Below are positions 9,359 to 19,208 of a DNA stretch of 64,000 nt, piece after piece. The stretch is taken from sequence record KJ019152.1; one strand, 5' to 3'. A program made the translations under genes and the position numbers. The notes below the pieces were generated by a model, which saw only the letters and a list, made by a program, of their open reading frames with translations, ran no database searches and had not been told where the DNA came from. How positions within the stretch are numbered: position 1 is the stretch's first letter; every line of letters starts with the position of its first letter.

Positions 9359-10708
9359 ATGTCTAAGAGACCAGCAATATATAGAAAAGTCTCAGTAGTT
9401 ACTAAAGATGGTTTTAGGGCAGATATTCGTCTTGCTTGTGTGTCAATTGACTTCTTTCAGGATATAATGTCACCTGCACTAACGGCAAAGATTATTATTG
9501 CCAATACTATGACTAATATTGAGGATGATCAGGGTGCCACCGTATCTCTCTATGAAGGATTGAAGTTGCGCGGTGGTGAGGCAGTTGAGATTGAAATAGA
9601 AGCAAATAGTGAAGATAACTTACCTATTGAATTTAATAATCCTGCGTTGTATGTCAGTGGTGTATCTGAAATGAGTAGGAAGTCACTCAAACAGTTCTTC
9701 ACTATCAACTTATACACCAAGGAGGCATATGATAATGAGACTAAGTTCCTAGAGAAAGCATATCCAAAAGAATCTAGAGTGAGTGATCATGTTAGTACTA
9801 TAGTTTCTGAGTCTTTTCCTACAACTACTCTCAATAAGGTAGATACTACCTCAAATACTTATGGTTTTTTGGGTAATCAACTCAAGCCATTCTATGCTCT
9901 TATCAGGTTAGCAAGTAAAGCAGTTCCTGAAGGTGCTGGTAGTGGTGGAAATAGTGCGACAGCTGGTTTCTTCTTCTACCAATCTATGAGTGGATTTAAC
10001 TTTAGATCCATTGATAAGATGATGGGGGAAGAACCAAAGGCACAATATACTTACACTGAAGTTAGTTCATCTGAAGAGACTGGAGATTTTGAAGCTACCC
10101 CAGAACTACCTTCTAATAGGTTTAAGATTGAGAAGTTTCACGTCACTAAAAACCAGAACCTCTTGAAGAACCTTAGTCAAGGTGTATATGCTTCTGCTAA
10201 GAAGTTCTTTAACCCTGTAGATTTTACAGTCACCCCACCACAAGAGTTCTTCAGTGGTGATAAGTACATCAGGGGTGTTAGTAACTTGGGTCAGGCTTTT
10301 GATCCACAAGACATCAGCTTAGTGGGTGATTCTTTGAGTTTCACTAATGTACCATCTAGGATTCTTAATGAGGTATATGATATTGGAACTGTTGAGAAAG
10401 AAGTGAATCAGGAACCTACACAAAACCCTGATGAGTTTCTAGCACAGAGAAAGATGAGGTATAATACATTATTCACTCAAGATGTTTATATTCAAGTTAG
10501 TGTTAATACTAATCTTGAGGCTGGTGATCTTGTTAAATGTCTATTCCCTAAAACTCAAGAGTGTCCTACTGATGATATAGATCAGGATCAGTTAAGTGGT
10601 CTATATATGATTAAGGAAATTAGACATCACTTTGATACTAGGGGTTCTTATTCATCTATGAGACTACTTCGTGACACCTTTGGTTTATATGGAGTGAATA
10701 ACAAATGA
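9359..10708 (+). CDS. Baseplate hub protein (gp27-like)
   Basis: FFFYQSMSGFNFRSID, NTNLEAGDLV, SGLYMIKEIRHHF; directly upstream of gp5. Confidence 0.55.
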   Translation: MSKRPAIYRKVSVVTKDGFRADIRLACVSIDFFQDIMSPALTAKIIIANTMTNIEDDQGATVSLYEGLKLRGGEAVEIEIEANSEDNLPIEFNNPALYVSGVSEMSRKSLKQFFTINLYTKEAYDNETKFLEKAYPKESRVSDHVSTIVSESFPTTTLNKVDTTSNTYGFLGNQLKPFYALIRLASKAVPEGAGSGGNSATAGFFFYQSMSGFNFRSIDKMMGEEPKAQYTYTEVSSSEETGDFEATPELPSNRFKIEKFHVTKNQNLLKNLSQGVYASAKKFFNPVDFTVTPPQEFFSGDKYIRGVSNLGQAFDPQDISLVGDSLSFTNVPSRILNEVYDIGTVEKEVNQEPTQNPDEFLAQRKMRYNTLFTQDVYIQVSVNTNLEAGDLVKCLFPKTQECPTDDIDQDQLSGLYMIKEIRHHFDTRGSYSSMRLLRDTFGLYGVNNK

Positions 10709-12774
10709 CAATTAAACTTGGTAGAATCGCTGACATTGAACCACAAAAGGAACAGGTCGATGGTGGTGGATGGGCGTGGAGATACAAAGTACGCATCCTA
10801 GACAAACACTCACAGGATAAGAATGTTCTTCCTGATGAGGATCTACCGTGGGCACAGGTTATTATGCCTGTCACGGCAGGTTCTGGTGCTGCTAACTATG
10901 CAGTATCACCTATGATTAACCAGGGTGACACTGTAAGAATTGAGTATTATGATCTAGACGAACAACAACCAGTTATTACAGGTATCCTCCCTAGAACTAA
11001 AAAGGTTTCTACAGGTCCAGTGGGTGAGAATAACGGATATCTACCACACACTGGTTATACAGAGAGGAGAGAGCCAAACTCCAAACAGGTAAAGGATGAG
11101 TCACATGAATCTAATAAGGAGAGTCAAGTATCCACAAGGTCAGATAGGTTCTCCAGTGTTTTTGGTGATACAACAGTTCTAGCAGATAGTTGTGATCCCA
11201 ATGCTTATAAGATTAACGCAGTAACTTCTGCTATCACTAATCTATTCAACCAGATTAATAACTTTGCTAATCAAGCGTCATACATTGAGACTATCACACA
11301 AGCAACTATTGATAGAATTCATGCCATTGTAAATCCATATGTGGGACAAATCTTCAATGGATTGTTTGAGGGATTGGTTCCTATTCTCAACCAGGGTTTG
11401 GCTGCATTATACAAGAAAATATTCGCTCAAGTATTGGCTGCCACTAATGGTAATGTAATTGCTGCCACTGCTGCCGCAGAAGCAGCACTTATCGCACTTA
11501 TGCCAGCTATTATGGCACTACAGGAAGCCATTCAGATGTTGGCATCTCTAACAGTTGAGCAAATGTTAGACGAGATTGATTCCCTAGTTAGGGATGCAGT
11601 TGATAATAATGATGACTTCTCCCGTTGTGCGGCAGAAGACTTCGCTTCTGCTATGATCAACGATATTGTTGATAAGACTGATAATGGTATGCAACCACTA
11701 CTAAACGCAGTCACTATTATTCTAGCACTCGCAAGTGTTGGTAGTGGATTCACCGCTGGTACTGCTATTCGTAGTACTTTGGATGTTCTAAAAGATCTCA
11801 CATCTGCTCTACTTGCACCAGGTCAAAGTGGTGGTGGTAATTGTGGTGGAATCACAAAGGAATATGCATTTGGTATAGGTCCTGTGAAGGATGTGGGTGA
11901 TGTTATGGATGCTCTTCTAGAGTCAGCAAACATAGCAAAGTCACTAGTAGATGAGGCAAAGAAAACACAACAGGAAGTTGATGGTCTCCTAGACACATTT
12001 GGTGACTTCCCATTTATGAGTTCCACTACAAATATTATATCTAATCTAGACAAGTGTTCCACACTAGAACCTACTACTTGTTTTGGTCCTGAAGTTGTAT
12101 TATTTGGTGGTAGAGGTGATGGTGCTAAAGCTCGTGCTATTATTGGCAACACAAAATCAAAATCAGATGATAGAATTGCTGGTAATGCGCAGGGTGGCAT
12201 TGTTGCTATTGAAGTTCTGGATGGTGGTTCAGGTTATGAGTACCCACCATATGTGGATATCAGAGACAATTGTGGTCTAGGTATTGGTGGTGTTGGTAGA
12301 GCAGTCCTAAAGGGTGATAAGGTAGATAAAATCTATATGGTGAATATTGGTGAAGACTATCCTGGAGATGCACCTGGAGATGCACCTGGGGACTTTATTG
12401 TTGATACTATTATCATCGTTGATGGTGGCATAGGATATGAACCAGGTATTACTCCTGGAGGTGAATATGAAGTTATTACTGACCCAGATGGAACAGTAAT
12501 TGATATTATTCCTACCAACCCAGTACCAATTCCTGGTCCTCCAACTATAAATATACCAGATGTATCTCCACCTATTCCACCAGGAGGTAATATCATTGAT
12601 GGTAATGTTGTAGATGAGAATGGTAAAGTAATAGCACCCGCTAAGATTGGTACTGGTTTAGTATTCTATCCAGTTATCAAACAGATACCCCCACTTAAGG
12701 ACCTCCTTGAGGGTAATGTTCCTGGATTTACACCGGAAGAAGTTGTATTCATTATTGATTGTATTCAGAGTTAG
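10705..12774 (+). CDS. gp5: Baseplate spike gp5 N-terminal (OB-fold) protein; no lysozyme domain seen
   Basis: WRYKVRIL..H, LPWAQVIMPVTAGSG, QQPVITGIL; later VLDGGSGY repeats. Confidence 0.75.
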   Translation: MTIKLGRIADIEPQKEQVDGGGWAWRYKVRILDKHSQDKNVLPDEDLPWAQVIMPVTAGSGAANYAVSPMINQGDTVRIEYYDLDEQQPVITGILPRTKKVSTGPVGENNGYLPHTGYTERREPNSKQVKDESHESNKESQVSTRSDRFSSVFGDTTVLADSCDPNAYKINAVTSAITNLFNQINNFANQASYIETITQATIDRIHAIVNPYVGQIFNGLFEGLVPILNQGLAALYKKIFAQVLAATNGNVIAATAAAEAALIALMPAIMALQEAIQMLASLTVEQMLDEIDSLVRDAVDNNDDFSRCAAEDFASAMINDIVDKTDNGMQPLLNAVTIILALASVGSGFTAGTAIRSTLDVLKDLTSALLAPGQSGGGNCGGITKEYAFGIGPVKDVGDVMDALLESANIAKSLVDEAKKTQQEVDGLLDTFGDFPFMSSTTNIISNLDKCSTLEPTTCFGPEVVLFGGRGDGAKARAIIGNTKSKSDDRIAGNAQGGIVAIEVLDGGSGYEYPPYVDIRDNCGLGIGGVGRAVLKGDKVDKIYMVNIGEDYPGDAPGDAPGDFIVDTIIIVDGGIGYEPGITPGGEYEVITDPDGTVIDIIPTNPVPIPGPPTINIPDVSPPIPPGGNIIDGNVVDENGKVIAPAKIGTGLVFYPVIKQIPPLKDLLEGNVPGFTPEEVVFIIDCIQS

Positions 12775-12776
12775 AC

Positions 12777-13478
12777 ATGGCAGAACAAAATTGGGAAAGA
12801 AGAATACTCCAGAGTTTTGGTGCTAACTTTCGACTAGATGTTAGTAACCCACAGAAGACTGTTGGTGGTGAAGATGTATATAACTTCTACTCTGTTACAG
12901 ATGAGGAGAAAGTATGTCTAATGGGACAACAACAGGATGGTCTCTGGCGCCTCTACAATGATGATAAGGTAGAGATTGTAGGTGGTGCCAAAGTTGTTGA
13001 GGATGGTGTATGTGTAACTATTGTTGGTAAGAACGGTGATGTAGTTATTAACGCTGACAACAATGGGAGGGTTAGAATCCGTGGGCAGAATATCAACCTC
13101 CAGGCAGATGAGGATGTTAATATCACTGCGGGTAGGAATGTTAATATCAAATCTGGTTCTGGTAGAACTCTCCTTGCGGGCAATACCCTGGAGAAAGACG
13201 CACTCAAAGGTAATCTATTAGACCCAGAGAAACAATGGGCATGGAGAGTATTTGAAGGAACTGGACTACCTGCTGGTATGTTCCCACAACTCATGTCACC
13301 CTTCAGTGGTATTACAGACCTAGCGGGATCTATTGTTGGTGGAGTTGGGTTCGGTGATGCAATCAGTGGGGCTGTGAGTAGTGCAGTCAGTGGGGCAGTC
13401 AGTGGTGCTGTTGGTGGTGTCGCCGGTGGTGTCGCCGGTGATATTGCTGGTGACGCAATTGGTGGTATTATACCCTGA
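12777..13478 (+). CDS. gp5 C-terminal beta-helix-like spike protein
   Basis: VVINADNNGRVRIRGQNINLQADEDVNITAGRNVNIKSG beta-strand repeats; start refined to ATG 12777. Confidence 0.5.
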   Translation: MAEQNWERRILQSFGANFRLDVSNPQKTVGGEDVYNFYSVTDEEKVCLMGQQQDGLWRLYNDDKVEIVGGAKVVEDGVCVTIVGKNGDVVINADNNGRVRIRGQNINLQADEDVNITAGRNVNIKSGSGRTLLAGNTLEKDALKGNLLDPEKQWAWRVFEGTGLPAGMFPQLMSPFSGITDLAGSIVGGVGFGDAISGAVSSAVSGAVSGAVGGVAGGVAGDIAGDAIGGIIP

Positions 13479-13516
13479 TAAATATAAGAAGCACCTATAA
13501 CTAGCACCTATTAGTA

Positions 13517-16306
13517 ATGGCAAGCATTCAATTCCCAGCAAATCCGAAAGTTGGTGATACTTACTACGACGTAGATACAAATATAACTTACACCTGGGAG
13601 GGTGAATACTGGTTTGCAACAGGACCAGGCACAGGTATTGGTGCCACTGGAGCAACTGGAGCACAAGGAAATCAAGGTTCTAGTGGTGAAAAGGGTGAGC
13701 CAGGAACTCGCGGAATTAAAGGAGATACTGGATCTACTGGTTCTACCGGTCCCACAGGTCCTGGTGGTTTTATTGGATTAACAGGTGCAACTGGTCCTCA
13801 AGGTTCTCCCGGTGGTGCTACCGGTGCTACAGGTAATATTGGTCCTTTAGGAACTACTGGTGCAACTGGTCCTGATGGTGCTAGTGGTGCTACAGGTATT
13901 CAGGGTCCTATTGGTACTCCAGGTGGTGCAACTGGCGCTACTGGTTTAGCTGGTCCTCCAGGAAATGTTGGTGCTACTGGTCCTCTCGGTCCTAATGGTA
14001 CTCCAGGTGGTGCTACTGGTCCTCTTGGTCCTGTTGGTTCTACTGGAGCCACTGGTGCTGGTGCTACTGGCTCTGATGGTGCTACTGGTTCTACAGGTAT
14101 TCAGGGACTACAAGGTTCCCCAGGTGGTGCAACTGGTGCTACTGGTATTGATGGTTTACTAGGTCCTATTGGTGCCACAGGTACTACAGGAGCTACCGGT
14201 GTTGATGGTCCTATTGGTGCCACAGGTACTACAGGTGCCACAGGTGAGACAGGTGATACAGGTTCAACCGGTGCTGCTGGTCCTACCGGTATTCCTGGAG
14301 CCACTGGATTTACTGGTCCCGAAGGTGCTACGGGTTCCAAAGGTGATGAAGGTTCTACAGGTAGTACAGGTCCTCAAGGTTCTCCAGGTGGTGCCACTGG
14401 TGCTACTGGTGTTGATGGTCCTGTAGGTTCTACAGGTGCCACAGCTGCTACTGGTGCAACTGGTCCTGACGGTCCTACTGGTCCCGCAGGTCCTACAGGT
14501 TTATTAGGTGCCACTGGTGCTACTGGTGATGATGGTTCTACCGGAGCCACTGGTGCTACTGGTTTTGGTGCTACAGGTGCTGATGGTGCTACTGGTTCTA
14601 CAGGTTCTACAGGTCCTGATGGTCCTCTTGGTTCTACTGGTGCCACTGGTATTGCAGGTGGTGTGAGTCATGTATGGTCACCAGATGTTTCTATCCTAAC
14701 TGCCAACAACTCTTTCCTATTCACCCATGATGTAGACGAAGATATTAAGATCCTAAAGATCTCCAAGTTTAGTTCAACATTCACCAATGAGGAGGCACTA
14801 CTTAATAGTTTTGCAATCGGTGATTCACTTAGACTAACATCAGGTCCAGCAACATTCCAATATACTGTTAGAGCCAATGGTGGACTCACAGTATCATCTG
14901 GTGTTGACGTGTTTATGTTACTCGTCAGTGATGGTTTCTTAGCATCTGGTAGTGGAACACTCAATGGTTCAACAGTTGTTCTTCAACGTCCCACATCATC
15001 CACCTTCGCTACATTTAACTTCGGTGTATCCACTATCAACTGGCCTACTACTGATGGTGATGTAACTATTGACTATCCATTCCTAGTAAACAATGGTCCT
15101 AGGTATGTTGCATTCAATCAGAAGGATCTACTAGGTAGGGATGATGAGCAGTTCTTCTTTGAACCTTTAGTATCTACAGACCTAAACTCATTCCAGTTCC
15201 AGGTTAAGACTACTAACTTCTTCAAATCAGAAATTGAAGGTGGTTACTACTATAGTGATATTGATGCCTATGTGTATCTAACTGATATCACCGAACTATA
15301 TTCAGATCCAAGTAATCCAGTAACCAGTGTGGGTTCACCTTGGAATGTTCAGGTTGTAGGTATTGCCTCCGCCATTCCTGGTGTTGCTGGTTCTCCAGGT
15401 GGTGCAACCGGTGCTACTGGTCCTGCTGGTCCTCCAAGTGGTGCAACTGGTGCTACAGGTGATCTTGGTCCTATTGGTCCCGGTGGTCCTACTGGTCCCG
15501 TTGGTGTTAACGGATCCCCAGGTTCACCCGGTGGTGCAACTGGTGCCACTGGTGCTGATGGTCCTGAAGGTGCTACTGGTTCTACAGGTGCAACAGGTGC
15601 ATTCGTTACTGGTAGTAATCTTGTAGCAGGTATTATCACAGCCACCACATTTGATGGTGATGCCACATCAGCTAATAAGATTAAGACTAACCGGTCCAGC
15701 AGTGCGGCTGTTAACTATCTAACTTTCGTTTCTGATGATAACACTGGTGGTGCCGTTAGTGAAACCCTCAAGACAAACTTGAATGTAAGTTTCATTCCTT
15801 CTTCTGGTGATTTTATCGCTAGTAGGATTACAGCAAGTAACAACTTCTACCTGGGTGGTACTGAGGTCAATTCTTCAGCATCTGAACTAAATGTGTTGGT
15901 TGGTGTTACTGACTTCTTAGATGAAGATAATATGGCATCCGATAGTCCTACGGCTATCCCATCACAACAATCAGTTAAGAGGTATGTTGACGCTAACGCT
16001 TTCTCTGGTATTACTACAGTTAGTATCCTAGTGGGCGCTGGTTCTAGTGATGTATACTTCGCAAGTTCTATTGTTCCAACTACTAATGAGTCTATTGATT
16101 TAGGTAGTATTGACTATAAGTTCAGAGACCTCTACCTATCAGACACAACCATATATACTAACACTGGTGAACTTAGTGTAGGTTTGAATACCACAGCACC
16201 AACCGCAAAGGTTGTTCTTGGTCCAGCACTACAAACAATTGTTCAACAGTCCACTGATTTTGATGACTTTAAGATCAGAATCGCAGCACAAAGTTGGGGT
16301 GGTTAA
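13517..16306 (+). CDS. Collagen-like fibre protein
   Basis: Long G-X-Y tracts rich in GAT/GST/GPx in two blocks; [13 protein letters not shown]-term; [14 protein letters not shown]-term. Confidence 0.85.
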   Translation: MASIQFPANPKVGDTYYDVDTNITYTWEGEYWFATGPGTGIGATGATGAQGNQGSSGEKGEPGTRGIKGDTGSTGSTGPTGPGGFIGLTGATGPQGSPGGATGATGNIGPLGTTGATGPDGASGATGIQGPIGTPGGATGATGLAGPPGNVGATGPLGPNGTPGGATGPLGPVGSTGATGAGATGSDGATGSTGIQGLQGSPGGATGATGIDGLLGPIGATGTTGATGVDGPIGATGTTGATGETGDTGSTGAAGPTGIPGATGFTGPEGATGSKGDEGSTGSTGPQGSPGGATGATGVDGPVGSTGATAATGATGPDGPTGPAGPTGLLGATGATGDDGSTGATGATGFGATGADGATGSTGSTGPDGPLGSTGATGIAGGVSHVWSPDVSILTANNSFLFTHDVDEDIKILKISKFSSTFTNEEALLNSFAIGDSLRLTSGPATFQYTVRANGGLTVSSGVDVFMLLVSDGFLASGSGTLNGSTVVLQRPTSSTFATFNFGVSTINWPTTDGDVTIDYPFLVNNGPRYVAFNQKDLLGRDDEQFFFEPLVSTDLNSFQFQVKTTNFFKSEIEGGYYYSDIDAYVYLTDITELYSDPSNPVTSVGSPWNVQVVGIASAIPGVAGSPGGATGATGPAGPPSGATGATGDLGPIGPGGPTGPVGVNGSPGSPGGATGATGADGPEGATGSTGATGAFVTGSNLVAGIITATTFDGDATSANKIKTNRSSSAAVNYLTFVSDDNTGGAVSETLKTNLNVSFIPSSGDFIASRITASNNFYLGGTEVNSSASELNVLVGVTDFLDEDNMASDSPTAIPSQQSVKRYVDANAFSGITTVSILVGAGSSDVYFASSIVPTTNESIDLGSIDYKFRDLYLSDTTIYTNTGELSVGLNTTAPTAKVVLGPALQTIVQQSTDFDDFKIRIAAQSWGG

Positions 16307-16309
16307 TTA

Positions 16310-16732
16310 ATGGGTTATCGTAATGAGAAAGCTCCCCACACTGGGAGCTTATTGGTAGGAACTGGAGGTAGAGTTACTTTTACTGGTAGATCCTCTGGTG
16401 ATATGAATAAGATTGCTACTTGGGGTGAAGAAGGGGGACAAATAGAATCCACCAACTTTTCTGATCTTCTGGCACTATATGAAGAGTCTTTCGCAGTATC
16501 TATTGTTAGTGAAGATGAACCTTCGCTAAGACCCCTAGGTGAAGACCTAAAACTAGGAGATCTGTGGTATAGTACGTCAGAACGGAGACAGTATGTTTTT
16601 ACAAATGGAATTGATGACCTTCCAGTCACCTTTAGAGGCTGGACACCTGTTATTTCAGGACTTAGTACGATTGCTAACGGATTTGTTGTATCCAATGGTA
16701 TCATTGTTGGTGTGGCAGCAACAACTCCATAA
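16310..16732 (+). CDS. Fibre-associated hypothetical protein
   Basis: GDLWYSTSERRQYVF motif typical of fibre modules. Confidence 0.5.
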   Translation: MGYRNEKAPHTGSLLVGTGGRVTFTGRSSGDMNKIATWGEEGGQIESTNFSDLLALYEESFAVSIVSEDEPSLRPLGEDLKLGDLWYSTSERRQYVFTNGIDDLPVTFRGWTPVISGLSTIANGFVVSNGIIVGVAATTP

Positions 16733-16767
16733 TATGGTATAATGGTGGGTAAGTATCTTATACCCAC

Positions 16768-17331
16768 ATGAGCCACGAGCACGAAGATTACGAATTTGAA
16801 AAAGATTATTGGGGTGATTGTTGTAATACCTTCGATGAGGATCAGAAACACTATGTGTATGCCCGTCTAATGGGATTAGAACAGGCACACTATAGTTTTC
16901 GTTTGCCTGGTATTTCTGTAATTGATATTGGTGGCGGTCCTTCTTCGATGTTATTGAAGACTGAAGGACTTACTAGAGGTTTGGTTGTAGATCCTATTTC
17001 ATATCCTCAATGGACTAAAGATAGGTATTCAGTAAAGAATATTGAAGTCCATGTAGATGTTGGTGAGAATGTAACAGAGACAGGATATGATGAGGTGTGG
17101 ATATACAATTGTATGCAACACGCTATTGATCCAGAGAAGATTATTGCTAACGCAAGGGAAGCAGCACCAGTCCTAAGATTGTTTGAGTGGATTGATATTC
17201 CAGCACACGATGGTCACCCCCACGAACTAACAGAGCAATCACTAAATAAGTGGATTGGTCAAACCGGTAGTGTTACATCTCTAGCAGAGAGTGGTTGCTA
17301 TGGTAAAGCATATTATGGAGTATTTGAGTGA
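16768..17331 (+). CDS. Class I SAM-dependent methyltransferase-like protein
   Basis: VIDIGGGP motif I, VVDP, YDEVWIYNCMQHAIDP. Confidence 0.7.
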   Translation: MSHEHEDYEFEKDYWGDCCNTFDEDQKHYVYARLMGLEQAHYSFRLPGISVIDIGGGPSSMLLKTEGLTRGLVVDPISYPQWTKDRYSVKNIEVHVDVGENVTETGYDEVWIYNCMQHAIDPEKIIANAREAAPVLRLFEWIDIPAHDGHPHELTEQSLNKWIGQTGSVTSLAESGCYGKAYYGVFE

Positions 17332-18419
17332 GTAATAAGTTTCGATTTCATATTCTCGGACTCCCCCATACTGTTACGCATCCAGACTTCTCCGCATGTG
17401 CGTACACATCTAAAGTCTTAAAGTTCGGTAAGATGATGAAGGCACGTGGGCATGAAATCATTCACTATGGACACGAAGATAGTGAGTTGGTTTGTGATGA
17501 ACATGTTACAGTAACTACCAACAAAGACTTAGAGATTGCTTATGGTGATTATGACTGGAGAAAGAACTTCTTCAAGTTCAATACATCGGACCACGCATAT
17601 CAAACCTTCTACAAGAATGCTATTGAAGAAGTAGGTAAGCGCAAACAGAAGAATGATTTCATCCTACCTTTCTGGGGTAGTGGTACTCGTCCAGTTTGTG
17701 ATGCTCACCCAGAAATGATTTGTGTGGAACCTGGTATTGGTTATGCTGGTGGTCACTGGTCTCAGTGGAAAGTGTTTGAGAGTTATGCCATTCTCCACGC
17801 TTATCAGAACCTAACATCAGTAGGAACCTGTAAACAGAGTTGGTATGAGGTTGTAATCCCTAACTATTTTGACTTAGATGATTTCACCTACGCCCCAGAA
17901 ACTAAAGAAGACTATTTTCTATTCTTGGGGCGCGTATATAGTGGTAAGGGCATTGATATTGCTGTACAGGTTACTGAACACATAGGTGCTAAACTAAAAG
18001 TAGCAGGACAGAACCCAGAGAATAGAACTTTCCCACCACATGTGGAGTTTGTTGGATATGCTGATATTGAGATGAGACGGGAGTTGATGTCTAAAGCAAA
18101 GGCATCCTTTGTTGCATCACAATACCTAGAACCTTTCGGTGGTGTTCAGGTGGAGAACTTATTATCAGGAACTCCTACTATCACTACAGACTGGGGTGCT
18201 TTCGTTGAGAACAACCCAGACGGACTAACTGGTTTCCGTTGTCGTACATTCGGTGACTTTGTTGATGCCGCTAATAACATTGACCAGATATCTCCTGCAG
18301 TATGTCGCACTTTCGGTGAGCAGTTTGCACTGGAGAATATTGCTCCCAAGTACGAGAAGTATTTCCAGGATGTTCTCAATGTATATACTGGAAAGGGATG
18401 GTATGAACTAAATGAATGA
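17328..18419 (+). CDS. Glycosyltransferase, GT-B fold (GT4 / group 1)
   Basis: FLFLGRVYSGKGIDIA; EPFGGVQVENLLSGTPTITTDWGAFVE (Ex7E). Confidence 0.9.
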   Translation: MSNKFRFHILGLPHTVTHPDFSACAYTSKVLKFGKMMKARGHEIIHYGHEDSELVCDEHVTVTTNKDLEIAYGDYDWRKNFFKFNTSDHAYQTFYKNAIEEVGKRKQKNDFILPFWGSGTRPVCDAHPEMICVEPGIGYAGGHWSQWKVFESYAILHAYQNLTSVGTCKQSWYEVVIPNYFDLDDFTYAPETKEDYFLFLGRVYSGKGIDIAVQVTEHIGAKLKVAGQNPENRTFPPHVEFVGYADIEMRRELMSKAKASFVASQYLEPFGGVQVENLLSGTPTITTDWGAFVENNPDGLTGFRCRTFGDFVDAANNIDQISPAVCRTFGEQFALENIAPKYEKYFQDVLNVYTGKGWYELNE

Positions 18420-19005
18420 ACTAATACAAACGATTGATTGTATTACTCAAACTGAAATCAATACAATCAAAGAATATGTCCAAGATGATTGGTGGCAACC
18501 TACTACTATCTTTGGAATGTCTGGTTGTGAAATTAATACAGATGTTAGATCCAATGATAGAATATCTCTCCATGATGATAGTATTGCCGCTCAGATTATT
18601 CATACGGGTATGAATAAGGCACTCCTTGAGTATAGAACACAACTCTATAATGTTGATCCATACTTCAACAATTACCCAGTTCCAGGATCATATAGGACTA
18701 ATTGTCATAGGGAAGGTATTCAACTCCTTAGATATAAAGAAGGACAACACTACAACTGGCATCACGATACTGCAGCAGAACGTGCAGTAAATGAGTATCA
18801 CAGAACGATCTCTATTGTGTTATACTTATCAGATGACTTTGAGGGTGGTAGAACAGTCTTCCCCCACAGAGCATACAAACCAAAAGCAGGTCAGGCACTA
18901 ATTTTTCCCTCTAACTGGTGTTTCCCACATAAGTGTGAACCAATCACAAAGGGTGTGAAGTTAGCATCTGTTTCCTGGTACTATTCACATTATAACTATG
19001 ACTGA
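18412..19005 (+). CDS. 2OG-Fe(II) oxygenase (prolyl 4-hydroxylase-like)
   Basis: YNWHHD; RTISIVLYLSDDFEGG; ALIFPSNWCFPHKCEPI..GVK. Confidence 0.9.
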   Translation: MNELIQTIDCITQTEINTIKEYVQDDWWQPTTIFGMSGCEINTDVRSNDRISLHDDSIAAQIIHTGMNKALLEYRTQLYNVDPYFNNYPVPGSYRTNCHREGIQLLRYKEGQHYNWHHDTAAERAVNEYHRTISIVLYLSDDFEGGRTVFPHRAYKPKAGQALIFPSNWCFPHKCEPITKGVKLASVSWYYSHYNYD

Positions 19006-19174
19006 AAATAAGACTACACCACAAACAGTAGAAGAAGCAACTCATGCTGCTTTCACTGGAAAGATGAACATGATCAAGTGTGCAGAACACTGTGGGATGA
19101 CGATAAAACAGTTTAAATTAACCTTCCGTGAGTATCTAAAATACCACCCAATAGACGAAAATTATCCTATCTAA
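18998..19174 (+). CDS. Small hypothetical protein (58 aa, not in ORF track)
   Basis: MTENKTTPQTVEEATHAAFTGKMNMIKCAEHCGMTIKQFKLTFREYLKYHPIDENYPI. Confidence 0.6.
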   Translation: MTENKTTPQTVEEATHAAFTGKMNMIKCAEHCGMTIKQFKLTFREYLKYHPIDENYPI

Positions 19175-19208
19175 ATATATGTAAGCAAGTATATGATGGT
19201 ACGGAACA

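Noticed and set aside
13965-15666. Val/Leu-rich and Pro/Val-rich alternative-frame ORFs in the collagen gene
   Set aside because: These are shadow ORFs caused by GGT-GCT-ACT codon repeats, which lack stops in other frames.
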